A stretch of DNA of 62,053 nucleotides, counting the filler, from Stramenopiles sp. TOSAG23-6 (lineage: Eukaryota), in the NCBI GenBank assembly GCA_900128565.1. It is 20 parts of 20 records of this genome, joined end to end, with 100 filler letters (N's around TTAATTAATTAA, not from the genome) between each part and the next. Parts side by side here need not be neighbours in the genome. Positions count along the whole stretch, not along the records: positions 24,969 to 27,985 come from LT637703.1; positions 28,086 to 31,098 come from LT637704.1; positions 31,199 to 34,209 come from LT637705.1; positions 34,310 to 37,314 come from LT637706.1; 16 more parts are not named here. One strand, given 5' to 3'. This document shows positions 24,969-34,616 of this stretch, one piece after another (the first letter of the stretch is position 1; every line of letters begins with the position of its first letter). A program made the position numbers and the translations under genes. The notes under the pieces are model-generated. The model was not told the DNA's origin, did not search any database, and saw only the letters and a list, made by a program, of their open reading frames with translations.

Positions 24969-27911
24969 TGTGTATGATGATGTATGTTTCAGATTTCAAT
25001 TTTTTTTTTTTTTTTTTTTTTTTATACGAAATTTTTTACCTAACCAAAAAAAAAATGTTTTTTTTTTTTTGAAATATTTTCCCAAAATACATTCTTGCCA
25101 CTGTTTTATATTATTATATTAATTTAAAAGGTGCTAAAAAAGATTATGGAGATACTGTTAGAGGTATCCAATTAGCTGCAGCAAAGAAAGCTTTATTAGC
25201 CCTTAGAAATAAAGATATTAATGATGATCGACCAGAACATTCAAAAAACTGGCGGCCACAATTACTTGTTTTAGTGAAATTAGTAGAAAAAAAAACACCT
25301 AACCCTAACCCTAACATTGATTTGAATACAGTTAATTTTTCAGAGTATTCCAAAAATCAAAATGGTAATGAAAATGTAAAAAATAAAAGTGTTTTTACAG
25401 TGAGTAGACCAGCATTATTAGATGTCGCACAAATGATGAAAAAAGGACGAGGATTAACGATGTACGTTTTCAAAAATTAATTTTTTTTAATTTTTTTTAA
25501 TTTTTTTAATTTTTTTTTTTTTACTATGAAAATTTTGTACCTAACAAATATTTGTACTACACTTTTTTTTGACAATACATGATTCGTTCTTTTATACATG
25601 GTAGTGTTGTTACTCCTCATGATAATGAACATAGACGTCCTGCGGCTATTTCATCATTAAATACTGCAGTAACAAAAGCAAAGATTAATGGATTTGTTGG
25701 TGTTACTGTACGTTTTATTTTTTTTTCAATTTTTTTTTCGTACGTAATTTCGTACCTAACAAATTTTACAAAACACAAAATTTTAATTTTTTTTTCAATT
25801 TTTTTTTCGTACGCAATTTCGTACCTAACAAATTTTACAAAACACAAAATTTCATAATACATGTGGCAAGAGAATTTAAAACTGGAATGGATTGTATTCT
25901 TCAAGAAGTCGGCTTAGCAGGACTTACACCAAATGCTATAATGTATGTTTTAGTTTTTTTTTCAAATTCGATTTTTTTTCGTACGAAATTTCGTACCTAA
26001 TGATTTTTTTAGATTTTTTTTTAAATATTTTTCCAAAATTCATGATCGCATGGCCTAAAGATAAAGATGATGTACATAAAACACGAAATTTTGATGATTC
26101 TCATAAAACAGAAAATAATGTATCTAATAAAGAAGATTTCGTGTATACTTTAAAAGTTGCTTTATCATTAAAAAAAGCTGTCGTGGTGGTCAAAAATCCA
26201 GAATTATTCCCTAATTCTGATACTCAATTACAAGGAAGCATTGATATTTGGTGGATTGTTCATGATGGTGGTATGTATGTTTTTCATTATGAATTTCAAT
26301 TTTTTTTTTCTTTCAAACATTTTTTCAAATTTCAAATTTATTTTTTTTTTCAAACATTTTTTCAAAAATTTTTTTTTATCAATACTTTCAATTGTAATCA
26401 TCATATATAAACCGAATAAACCTAATAAATCTCAAAAAGACAAAAAAAATATTTTCCTAAAATATATGCTTTTATTATTATCTTACCTATTACAACAACA
26501 TCGCATATGGCGTGGATGTACGTTTTATATGAATTTCTAATTTATTTCCAATTTTTTTTTTCATACGAAATTTCGTACCTAACAAATTTTTTAAATTTTT
26601 TTTTTGAAATATTTTGTCAAATAAATGCTCTTTACGTTTATTTATGATTGCAAGTTCTTCTGCGAATGTCGGAGAATTATATTCAGAGTATATGAGACGA
26701 ACACACGAATTAAGAATAAATGTAGAGTTGGAAGTGGTACCACTCGAAGGTCGATTGCTTCAAGCGGCAACAAATAACAGAACTATTGTACATTTTCATC
26801 ATTTTAATTTTTTTAATTTTTTTAATTTTTGATTTTTTTTTCATACGAAAATTTGTACTTAAGAAATTGTACAAAAAAATATTTTTTCACAATACTTGCG
26901 GTACGTCCTGAACCAAGAAGAAAATATGTAGAAGATGTCGAGTCCAGTAGTACCTTGACTGTACATGTGCCTAAACGAGGTAAACGTTATGTATGTTTTA
27001 ATTTTTTTTTTTTTTACAAAAAATCGAATTTATTTTTCATACGAAATTTTGTACCTAACGAATTTAATTTTTTTTTTTTAATATTTTTCCAAAATATATC
27101 TAACACCTATAATGGGTCGTCAGCGTTCGCTTTCCGATATGTTTATTTCTCCAAGATCTTCAAGATCAAATTCACCAAGATCAAATTCATCAAGATCACC
27201 AAAAACAAATTCAGCAAGATCTTCAAGATCAAATTCACCAAGATCACCAAAATCAGAACATTCATTATTTATAGAAAATAATGATAATGAATTAATGCCA
27301 AGTACAAAAAATAATGATAATGAATTAATGCCAAGTAAAATTGATAGTACAACTCAACCACCAAAACCACCAATTGATGTACTATCTAATATAGCATTCC
27401 CAGCATCGCCTCATCTAGAAAATGAGAAAACACAAACTCCACCACCAAAACCATCAACACCAAAAAACTCAGAGACAAAAACACAAACACCACCACCATT
27501 TATCTCTACTACTTCTCCTACACCTCCAAAATCACCACAATATACTCCACCTGCAACATTAGGATCTAGATTATCAATTGCAGCATCTTGTTATGAAACG
27601 TCAGGATTTCTAGAAACAGCATCAAAGGTAAATACACTTATGAAAGAACGATCGAGTGTTTGTTTTATGTTTTCTTTCAATTTCGAATTTATTTTTTTTT
27701 TTTTTGGTATGAAATTTTGTACCTAACAAATTTTGAATTTGAAAAAAAATTCACAGTATATGAAGCTGCTTTAATTGTAACAAATCTTCCTTTGACTCGT
27801 GCATTATCAACAAATACATTTATGAAATATTCATCTACTTTAAGTGATGGTATTGATAAAATGTTATTAATACGTGGTTCAGGTTATGAAGTTGTTACTA
27901 GTTATGCATGA
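24969..27911 (+). CDS. Cation-chloride cotransporter (SLC12, KCC-like), C-terminal region, 10 exons
   Basis: After removing 9 family introns: [107 protein letters not shown]. Confidence 0.92.
24982..25092 (+). other. Non-canonical GT-AT intron (KCC intron 1)
   Basis: AT|GTATGTTTC...ATACGAAATTTTTTACCTAAC...CCCAAAATACAT|T. Confidence 0.8.
25462..25580 (+). other. Non-canonical GT-AT intron (KCC intron 2)
   Basis: AT|GTACGTTTT...TTGTACCTAAC...[22 protein letters not shown]. Confidence 0.85.
25708..25862 (+). other. Non-canonical GT-AT intron (KCC intron 3) with 69-nt internal tandem duplication
   Basis: ACT|GTACGTTTT...GTACCTAAC at 25752 and 25821...CATAATACAT|GTG. Confidence 0.85.
25943..26043 (+). 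other. Non-canonical GT-AT intron (KCC intron 4)
   Basis: AT|GTATGTTTT...GTACGAAATTTCGTACCTAAT...[21 protein letters not shown]. Confidence 0.88.
26275..26467 (+). other. Non-canonical GT-AT intron (KCC intron 5, degenerate interior)
   Basis: AT|GTATGTTTT...CCTAAAATATAT|G; restores [13 protein letters not shown]. Confidence 0.85.
26518..26626 (+). other. Non-canonical GT-AT intron (KCC intron 6)
   Basis: AT|GTACGTTTT...CATACGAAATTTCGTACCTAAC...[25 protein letters not shown]. Confidence 0.88.
26788..26897 (+). other. Non-canonical GT-TT intron (KCC intron 7)
   Basis: ATT|GTACATTTT...CATACGAAAATTTGTACTTAAG...CACAATACTT|GCG, in frame. Confidence 0.7.
26991..27099 (+). other. Non-canonical GT-AT intron (KCC intron 8)
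   Basis: TAT|GTATGTTTT...GTACCTAAC...CCAAAATATAT|CTA; in frame with ORF 27112. Confidence 0.8.
27658..27761 (+). other. Non-canonical GT-AT intron (KCC intron 9)
   Basis: AGT|GTTTGTTTT...GTACCTAAC...[26 protein letters not shown]. The nearby CAG is out of frame and leads to a stop. Confidence 0.82.
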
Positions 27912-28085
27912 TAAAATGTTATTAATACATTTATTTTGGAAAAATATTTCAAAAAAAAAAAAAAAAAAATGTTAGGTACAAAATTNNNNNNNNNNNNNNN
28001 NNNNNNNNNNNNNNNNNNNNNNNNNNNNNTTAATTAATTAANNNNNNNNNNNNNNNNNNNNNNNNNNNNNNNNNNNNNNNNNNNN

Positions 28086-30405
28086 AAATATACAATAAAA
28101 ATGATACGAATGTAATAAAACTAAATTGTGGTGAAATTCGGCCTAGTACCGCATTAATACATATAAACGCAAACACAGCGAGAACGAGTTGTGTAGCCTG
28201 TTTTTTGGAAAAATATTTTCTACGTTTGAAATTTGTTAGGTACAAAATTTCGTATGAAAAAAATAAATGACATCTATGATGAAAACGTACATGTAATATT
28301 TTACACACCGATCCAGCAACAGCAAATGTTGATAGAAAATGAAAGAAAATATTGTTTCCTACAACAATTCTTCCAAATTCATCTTCTACACATTGATCAG
28401 CAAATAGCCCGTAACTTTGAAGACTGCTCCAAAGTATGATTACATCTAATAGTAAGACCATTATTAAATCCATTTGAAATAATTTCAAGGTCAAAGTCAT
28501 CACTCGGCGTTCTATTTTTTGTCTATTCAAGAAAAATTCACGTCTTTTGATTTCTAATGCCTTTTTCGCTTGTTCTTCTCTCTGTTGAGATAGAATTGCA
28601 GCATGTCGCCGATCTTCAGATTCTATAAATTCTCTATGACGTAATTGTTTCTTCCTACATTCTTTTTCCCATGCTCTAGCTTTTTTCTCCGCATGTAATC
28701 TTTTTGCTTCAGCATCTGCAAACCATTTTTGTCTATCATCTTTTCTTAATTCACTTGCACGACGATTTATCTCACGCTGGGTTCTTTCCCACTGAACGCG
28801 ATCGGTTCGTTGCGTCACTAAAAGTTTCTTCATCTCTATATCATGAGCTAGCATTCGATCAAATACTACTTTACGTGCTTCAGCTTCGTCAACACCTAAT
28901 TGGGCAGCACGGGCGACCATTACCTCCACATCAGTTGGAGTCGCATTTGTGGAAATAATAGGCTTACTATTAAGATTGTCCTTACCCGTATGAATAATTT
29001 CCGTTTGTGGATTTTCACTGTCATAATCACCTAATAACAAAGGTCGTTTTTTTTCACCATTGCAAATATTTTCTAAAGGGTTGACATTATGTAACTTCGT
29101 TTGAGCATCAATCAATTGTTTTTCTTCAGTTTTTACTGTGTGTCGATCTAAACATTCCTGTAACGATAGTAATGTAGACATTCCTTTTTTAACTGAGGGT
29201 AAATGAGCAAATCCAGATTCATATGCAGCTTCAACAGCAACTTTTAGAACCGGTGCAATTAATACAAATTGTGCAATATCAGAAGTATCTGGAATATCAT
29301 TATCTAATTCTTCATTTGTATACTGTATCTTGGATAAAGCAGCCTCACAGTCTTTAGATACGATATCACCAACTCGTAATTGACTACAAATTTTCGTCGT
29401 TGTTTCATCAATTTCTTCGTGAAATTTCAGCATAAATTCTAATATTGCATTTGCTGTATGTGTATTATGTTCTATATATGCCGCACGGTGAAGTGCAAGT
29501 CTAAGTGAATTTCGTAAATGACTCAACTTTGTGAATTCATTTTTGATACTTTCTGATATTTTCAATAGATTTGAAGTGAGATAAACTTTGCGGCCAACAA
29601 CACTTCCTTTTCTATATGATTTCAATGAATATGAAAAATCAGATAAAGCTTCTGTAAGATATCCAACAGTGTCAATAAGTTCTGTAAATGTTTTAGCACC
29701 CAAAGGAAGACATATATGCTCAGTAGTATACGTCGTATTGGGCTCTTCTCTTGACTCTTTTGACTCCTTTGACTCATTTACATCTGAGCAGGATGAATGG
29801 GACTTTACATGACATACGGAATCAGTCATCTTCCGAATTTTCATTATATCCAACACTACAGCTTCTAACTTCTTCACAATCATTGGTGATTCTACAGTTG
29901 TCGACGAAGAGGAAACTGCGATATTCGATTGACTTGTATCTAGAGATAACGTAGAACTGGCATCCAAAGTCAGCCCAAAACTAGAACAGACAGTCTGTTC
30001 CGTCAGATTAGGATCAGATAATATTTGACAAATTTGGCGAATAGTTACCTTCAAGTCACCGAGTACACTGCATCGATGTAATTCGGCAGCGTTCATAGAG
30101 GTTGTTGCGAGTCCAGTTTTAACCATCCAAACAAAAGTAAGCACTAAACTACAAAACATACCTACTATAACAACGTACTGATTCCACGTTTCGAAAGATA
30201 TGGCTTTCATTTTTGATGGAATAGACTCTATGGTGGATAGCAGATTAGAAGCTTTCTGTCGTAACGGGACGGGAGCTCGCTCGTGGGCGTCCTCAGAGAA
30301 AATATCGAAAAAGTCGTCTTCGAGCTCAAAAACATCAAAATCCTGAACGGCGTAAACGTGACTAAACACCACCATAAAAATTAGCAAATGTGAAAAGAAA
30401 CTCAT
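28086..30405 (-). CDS. Hypothetical membrane protein with signal peptide, long coiled coil and C-terminal TM helices (3' truncated)
   Basis: ~750-codon ORF with hydrophobic N-terminus, charged helical region and in-frame intron 28198-28290. Confidence 0.75.
28198..28290 (-). other. Family intron with a canonical AG acceptor (GT-AG variant)
   Basis: CAT|GTACGTTTT...CATACGAAATTTTGTACCTAAC...ATTTTTCCAAAAAACAG|GCT. Confidence 0.8.
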
Positions 30406-32008
30406 ACTTCATACATCTATTCGTATACTCACTAAAACTATCAATAACTAGTCTGATGTAAAATCAATTCATTGAGGTTGTTCATTCGAAAGAATTTGAA
30501 TTTGAAGGAGAAAAAATTCTTGCAGTCAGTCAGTGCTCTCTATTTTTTTGGAAGTTTTGGAACATCGATCTGAACATCAACTTGACTCGATCGATCCCTT
30601 TCTTTAGGTACAAAATTTCGTACTAAAACCACCCACGAAATGATAAAACGATTGAGCGATACCGGGTAACAGAAATCGAAAACGTATTGCATTTTTAATT
30701 GTATAAATGTGTCTAAATCATCAAATTTCAAAAATGCAATGCATGTAAAAATTCTGATTGTATACGAAACCAAATCTAAATAATAATAATTGATCAGAAC
30801 CTGGTGTACAGCTCCACACCAAAAACAAAGATGCGACACAACGAACAAACAAGGTAACTTCGAAAGACTTCGAAACAACTCGAACTCGTGTCAAAGAATT
30901 TTGAAAAAAAACTCCTTTGAATATAGATATAACACGTGTCACTATTAGGGTTAGGGGTTATAAGGGTCATAATCGTCGAAAATGTCAATTGATATGAATG
31001 ACTTGTCGGATTTGTGTTTCACTTTTGAAGAGAAGAGAGAAGCTTGTAAACGTATTCCTCCAAAGCGCAACATTGTGGATTATTCATTTATAACTCTANN
31101 NNNNNNNNNNNNNNNNNNNNNNNNNNNNNNNNNNNNNNNNNNTTAATTAATTAANNNNNNNNNNNNNNNNNNNNNNNNNNNNNNNNNNNNNNNNNNNNTN
31201 TTTTTTTTTTTTTTGGTTTTTTTTTCGTAGGGAATTTTGTACCTAACANTTTTTTTTTTTTTTTTGTTAAATTAATTTCACAATATATTTCCTGGTTTAA
31301 CTGAATTAGCATTATGTGGAATTGGGTTACATAATGAAGTTAAAACTCATAATTGTAGTCTAGAATTGACCTACGAATTAATTTTGATTCCTCCATTGGT
31401 AAACTCAGACATAAAATACAAAACATCAAAAAAATCATGAAATATCAAAAAATCATGAAATATCTAAAAATCACGAAATATCTAAAAATCACGAAATATC
31501 TAATACGAAATGCATTTCAAATGGAAAGAATGCAACACAAATTGATGCATATAATGGTATTTCGTATACATATCATATAAAAACAAAATTAATTTTGATT
31601 CAAATCATTAGTATTGTATTACCTTCAATTCTCTGTGAAGACCCTAACCCTAGATGTTCAATACAAAAAAATCAAAAACATCAAAAAAATCAAAAAATAC
31701 AAGATATTGTAACAAAACTGTCTGAGCGATGTCATAGATCACGAAATGAAGTCTGGGGTTCAAGGCCAATTTATTTTGATACAAGTATACAAAACACGAA
31801 ATCATTCAAAAATACAAAAAATACAAAAAATACAAAAAATACAAAAAACATAAAAAATATAAAATTTCAAGATAATTCAACATTTGATCCATGTACGTTT
31901 TCATCATGAATTTATTAATTTAATTTTTTTTTTTGGTTTTTTCGTAAAAAAATTTCGTACCTAACGATATTTTTTTTTTTGNAAANTTCGGNTTTTTTCA
32001 CAATACAT

Positions 32009-32728
32009 GGGTCAACGTTATTGGGCAGTGATCAAAATGTACCAACGGGGAAAACGAAAGAATTTATTGAAAGACAAATTAATCTGAAAATAGAAAATGC
32101 AATGAAATTACATCAAATTCAAAATGGACTTGGTGGTGGTGGTCAACGTAATTTTGAACGAAAACTTCAAGAATCAAATGAATTAATGGCAGATATGTAT
32201 GTTTTTTTTTTGAATTTTTTGAATTTTTTGAAATTAAAAAAAAAAAAAAAAAAAAAAAAATTTTTTTGGTAAAAAAATTTTGTACCTAACAATTTTTTTT
32301 TTTTTCGGTAAAAAAATTTTGAAATATTTTTTTGTAATACATGAGAGATGGTATGAAACGTGCTGGTGATGCTGTAAAACAAACTTTGGATGCATGTAAT
32401 CGAAAGCATGAAGAAGAAATGAGACGGTTATTGGGAGAGATGAAACGACAAAGAGAAGAACATGAGAAAGCGATGTATGTTTTTTTTTTTTTTTTTTTTC
32501 CGGTAAAAAAAAAAAAAAAAATTTTGAAATTTTTTTTTCATAGTAAATTTTGTACCTAACCAAAAAAAAAAAAAAAAAAAATCCAATATTTTTCCAAAAT
32601 ACATGCGCTATATGAAAGATATTGTTCACCAAGCTAAAGAAACAGTGAAGGATGCATTGAGTTCAAGTCTATCTGGTCAACAAGCTCTTGAGCGTAAATT
32701 CGAAACGAAGTTGGATGAGCTTCGATAA
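32009..32728 (+). CDS. Coiled-coil protein, 3' exons (32009-32196, 32343-32474, 32605-32728)
   Basis: GT-AT introns 31893-32008, 32197-32342 and 32475-32604 link ELMADM-RDGMKR...HEKAM-RYMKD...LDELR*. Upstream exon structure unresolved. Confidence 0.65.
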
Positions 32729-33175
32729 AATCAATAATTTAGAATTGTTTTTTTTATTTGTTTCTGATTCAATCAAATCTGAAAACAAATATGAAAATGA
32801 GTATAATGAAAATGCACAATTTTTTCTAATTGTTTTCAATAGAAAGAAAAAAAAAAAAGTCATTGTTGTACAAAGATTATCGAATATTCAATATATAAAA
32901 CCTATATAAAACCTATATAAAAAGAAAAATCGTTTTTGGTTTCATACATTTAAAAAAAAAATTAAATTAAAAATATTTTTTCAAAAAACAATTCATACGA
33001 AATTTCGTACCTAACAAATTGTACCAAAAAACAAAAAAAAAAATTACAAGAAAGATCGTTTTTGGTTGTTCATCGTGATTTATTATCTTTTTGTTATAAA
33101 AATGTACATTCAAATGTACATTCAAATGTACATTCAAATATACATTTTTCGTACGAAATTTTGTACCTAACAAAT

Positions 33176-33636
33176 TTAGATCATTCTTTGAATGAGTTTG
33201 TTGATTGCTTCACCTCTGTTTCCAGAAGATCCACCTTCATTAAAGTGCAAAAGTTTTTTTGCGAAACCACCTTTAGGTGAATTCATTTTGAATGGGAAGA
33301 GAAAGTTATTTGCAACTTTGAAGTTATCTCCACAAGTGAAAATTTCATGAATGAGATCTTCAATGCAAATGATTCCTTGTTCACCAAGAACATTCTCAAT
33401 AATGAGATTATCAGTCAATGTATTTTGGAAAAATATTTCAAAATTTTTTTTTTTTTTTTTGGTAGTAAAAAAAAAATTGTTAGGTACAAAATTTCGTATG
33501 AAAAAAAAAAAAAAAAAAAAAATTAAAAAATTAAAACATACAAGGAATTCTCTGTCCACTTGATCTCTTTGATTTAGCACCTTTTCCGAATCCACGTTTG
33601 TAGATTAATTCACGTACTGATTTCAAGTTTGGTGTT
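33176..33636 (-). CDS. RPL7: 60S ribosomal protein L7 (uL30), 3' exons (33542-33636, 33176-33417)
   Basis: [18 protein letters not shown]...[49 protein letters not shown]...[15 protein letters not shown]. Confidence 0.93.
33418..33541 (-). other. Non-canonical GT-AT intron in RPL7
   Basis: CCT T|GTATGTTTT...CATACGAAATTTTGTACCTAAC...TCCAAAATACAT|TG ACT GAT AAT restores the conserved QRIPLTDN. Confidence 0.9.
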
Positions 33637-33808
33637 CTGTGTAGTAAAAAGTATTGTAGACAGATAAAAACGATAAGTTACAATTCTAAAAAAAAAAAAA
33701 AAAAATTTTAAATCTCAAAAAAAAAAAAATCTAAAATAATTTGTTTGGTACAAAATTTCGTATGAAAATAAATTCGAAATTGAACCTTTACACAAATATA
33801 CAAAATGA

Positions 33809-33893
33809 CCTCAGAATGAGTAGGAGGTTGTTTCAATCATGAAAGCATCAGGGTTCACCTAGAAAGGATCACCAAACTTTTTAATCCTCAAGG
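33809..33893 (-). ncRNA. Putative intronic box C/D snoRNA
   Basis: C-like TGAGGA, D' CTGA, C'-like ATGATT, D CTGA. The D-guide ACCTCCTACTCAT is complementary to the conserved LSU rRNA tract (Y)GAGTAGGAGG. GC-richer island in an AT-rich intron. Confidence 0.65.
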
Positions 33894-33955
33894 GAAATTT
33901 TGTATTGTAAAAAAAATTCTAAAAAAAAAAAATCTAAAAAAAAAAAAAAAAAAAA

Positions 33956-34072
33956 GATACCCTCAGATTTTACTTCGCATCATTCTCTTGAGTCCTACAT
34001 ACCGACTAAAGCATGCCTCCAACAAGTGGAGATAGGTTCGTAAGTGTAGCTGATTAGAATTCATTGGGTATC
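33956..34072 (-). ncRNA. Putative intronic box C/D snoRNA/scaRNA
   Basis: 7-bp terminal stem GATACCC/GGGTATC flanking C-like ATGAAT and D box CTGA; internal ATGATG. Confidence 0.6.
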
Positions 34073-34395
34073 CCTAACCCTAAGAAAAAAAAAAAAATAA
34101 ATTAATTTTTGTTTTCTGGTTTTTCTATGAAAATTTCGTATGAAAACCAAAAAAAAAAAAAAAAAAAAAATTAAATTAATAAATTCATGAAAAACACAAA
34201 AAACATACCNNNNNNNNNNNNNNNNNNNNNNNNNNNNNNNNNNNNNNNNNNNNTTAATTAATTAANNNNNNNNNNNNNNNNNNNNNNNNNNNNNNNNNNN
34301 NNNNNNNNNTCAAATTCGTTTTTTTTTTCGTACGAAAGTTTGTACCTAAGAAATTTTAGTTTTTTTTTTTTTTGAAATATTTTTCCAAAACAAAT

Positions 34396-34500
34396 GTCCC
34401 TCGAGCACTTTTAATGTCTCTCCAATATGCAGAAAAATATTTTTCTAAAAATAATATTGAATTTAAATCCACTCAGGAATTTCTTTTACATTACTCATAG
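34396..34500 (+). CDS. Terminal exon of an unknown gene
   Basis: Follows a family acceptor (GTACCTAAG...TTCCAAAACAAAT|); VPRALLMSLQYAEKYF...HYS*. Confidence 0.55.
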   Translation, partial: VPRALLMSLQYAEKYFSKNNIEFKSTQEFLLHYS

Positions 34501-34616
34501 TACTATATTATATTTAATAAAAAGATAATCTTGATCAATATATTTTTTGTTACGTATGTTTATTTTTGCACAACAATTTTTTGTCTCAAATTATTCTTAT
34601 TAATAAAGTTTTTTTC

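Larger units (their letters stand above)
33637..34208 (-). other. Long GT-AG intron of RPL7 (572 nt) hosting putative snoRNAs
   Basis: G|GTATGTTT at contig edge ... TTTTTACTACACAG|A ACA CCA AAC, giving (G)TPN. Confidence 0.7.

Noticed and set aside
24982-27761. CRISPR-like array from the recurring GTACGAAATTTTGTACCTAAC motif
   Set aside because: Spacing is irregular, the intervening DNA is exons of one eukaryotic gene, and no cas genes are present
27911-27985. Overlapping antisense gene at the KCC 3' end
   Set aside because: A ~19-nt repeat of 27855-27872 directly precedes the antisense intron end, which suggests a chimeric junction at the contig edge
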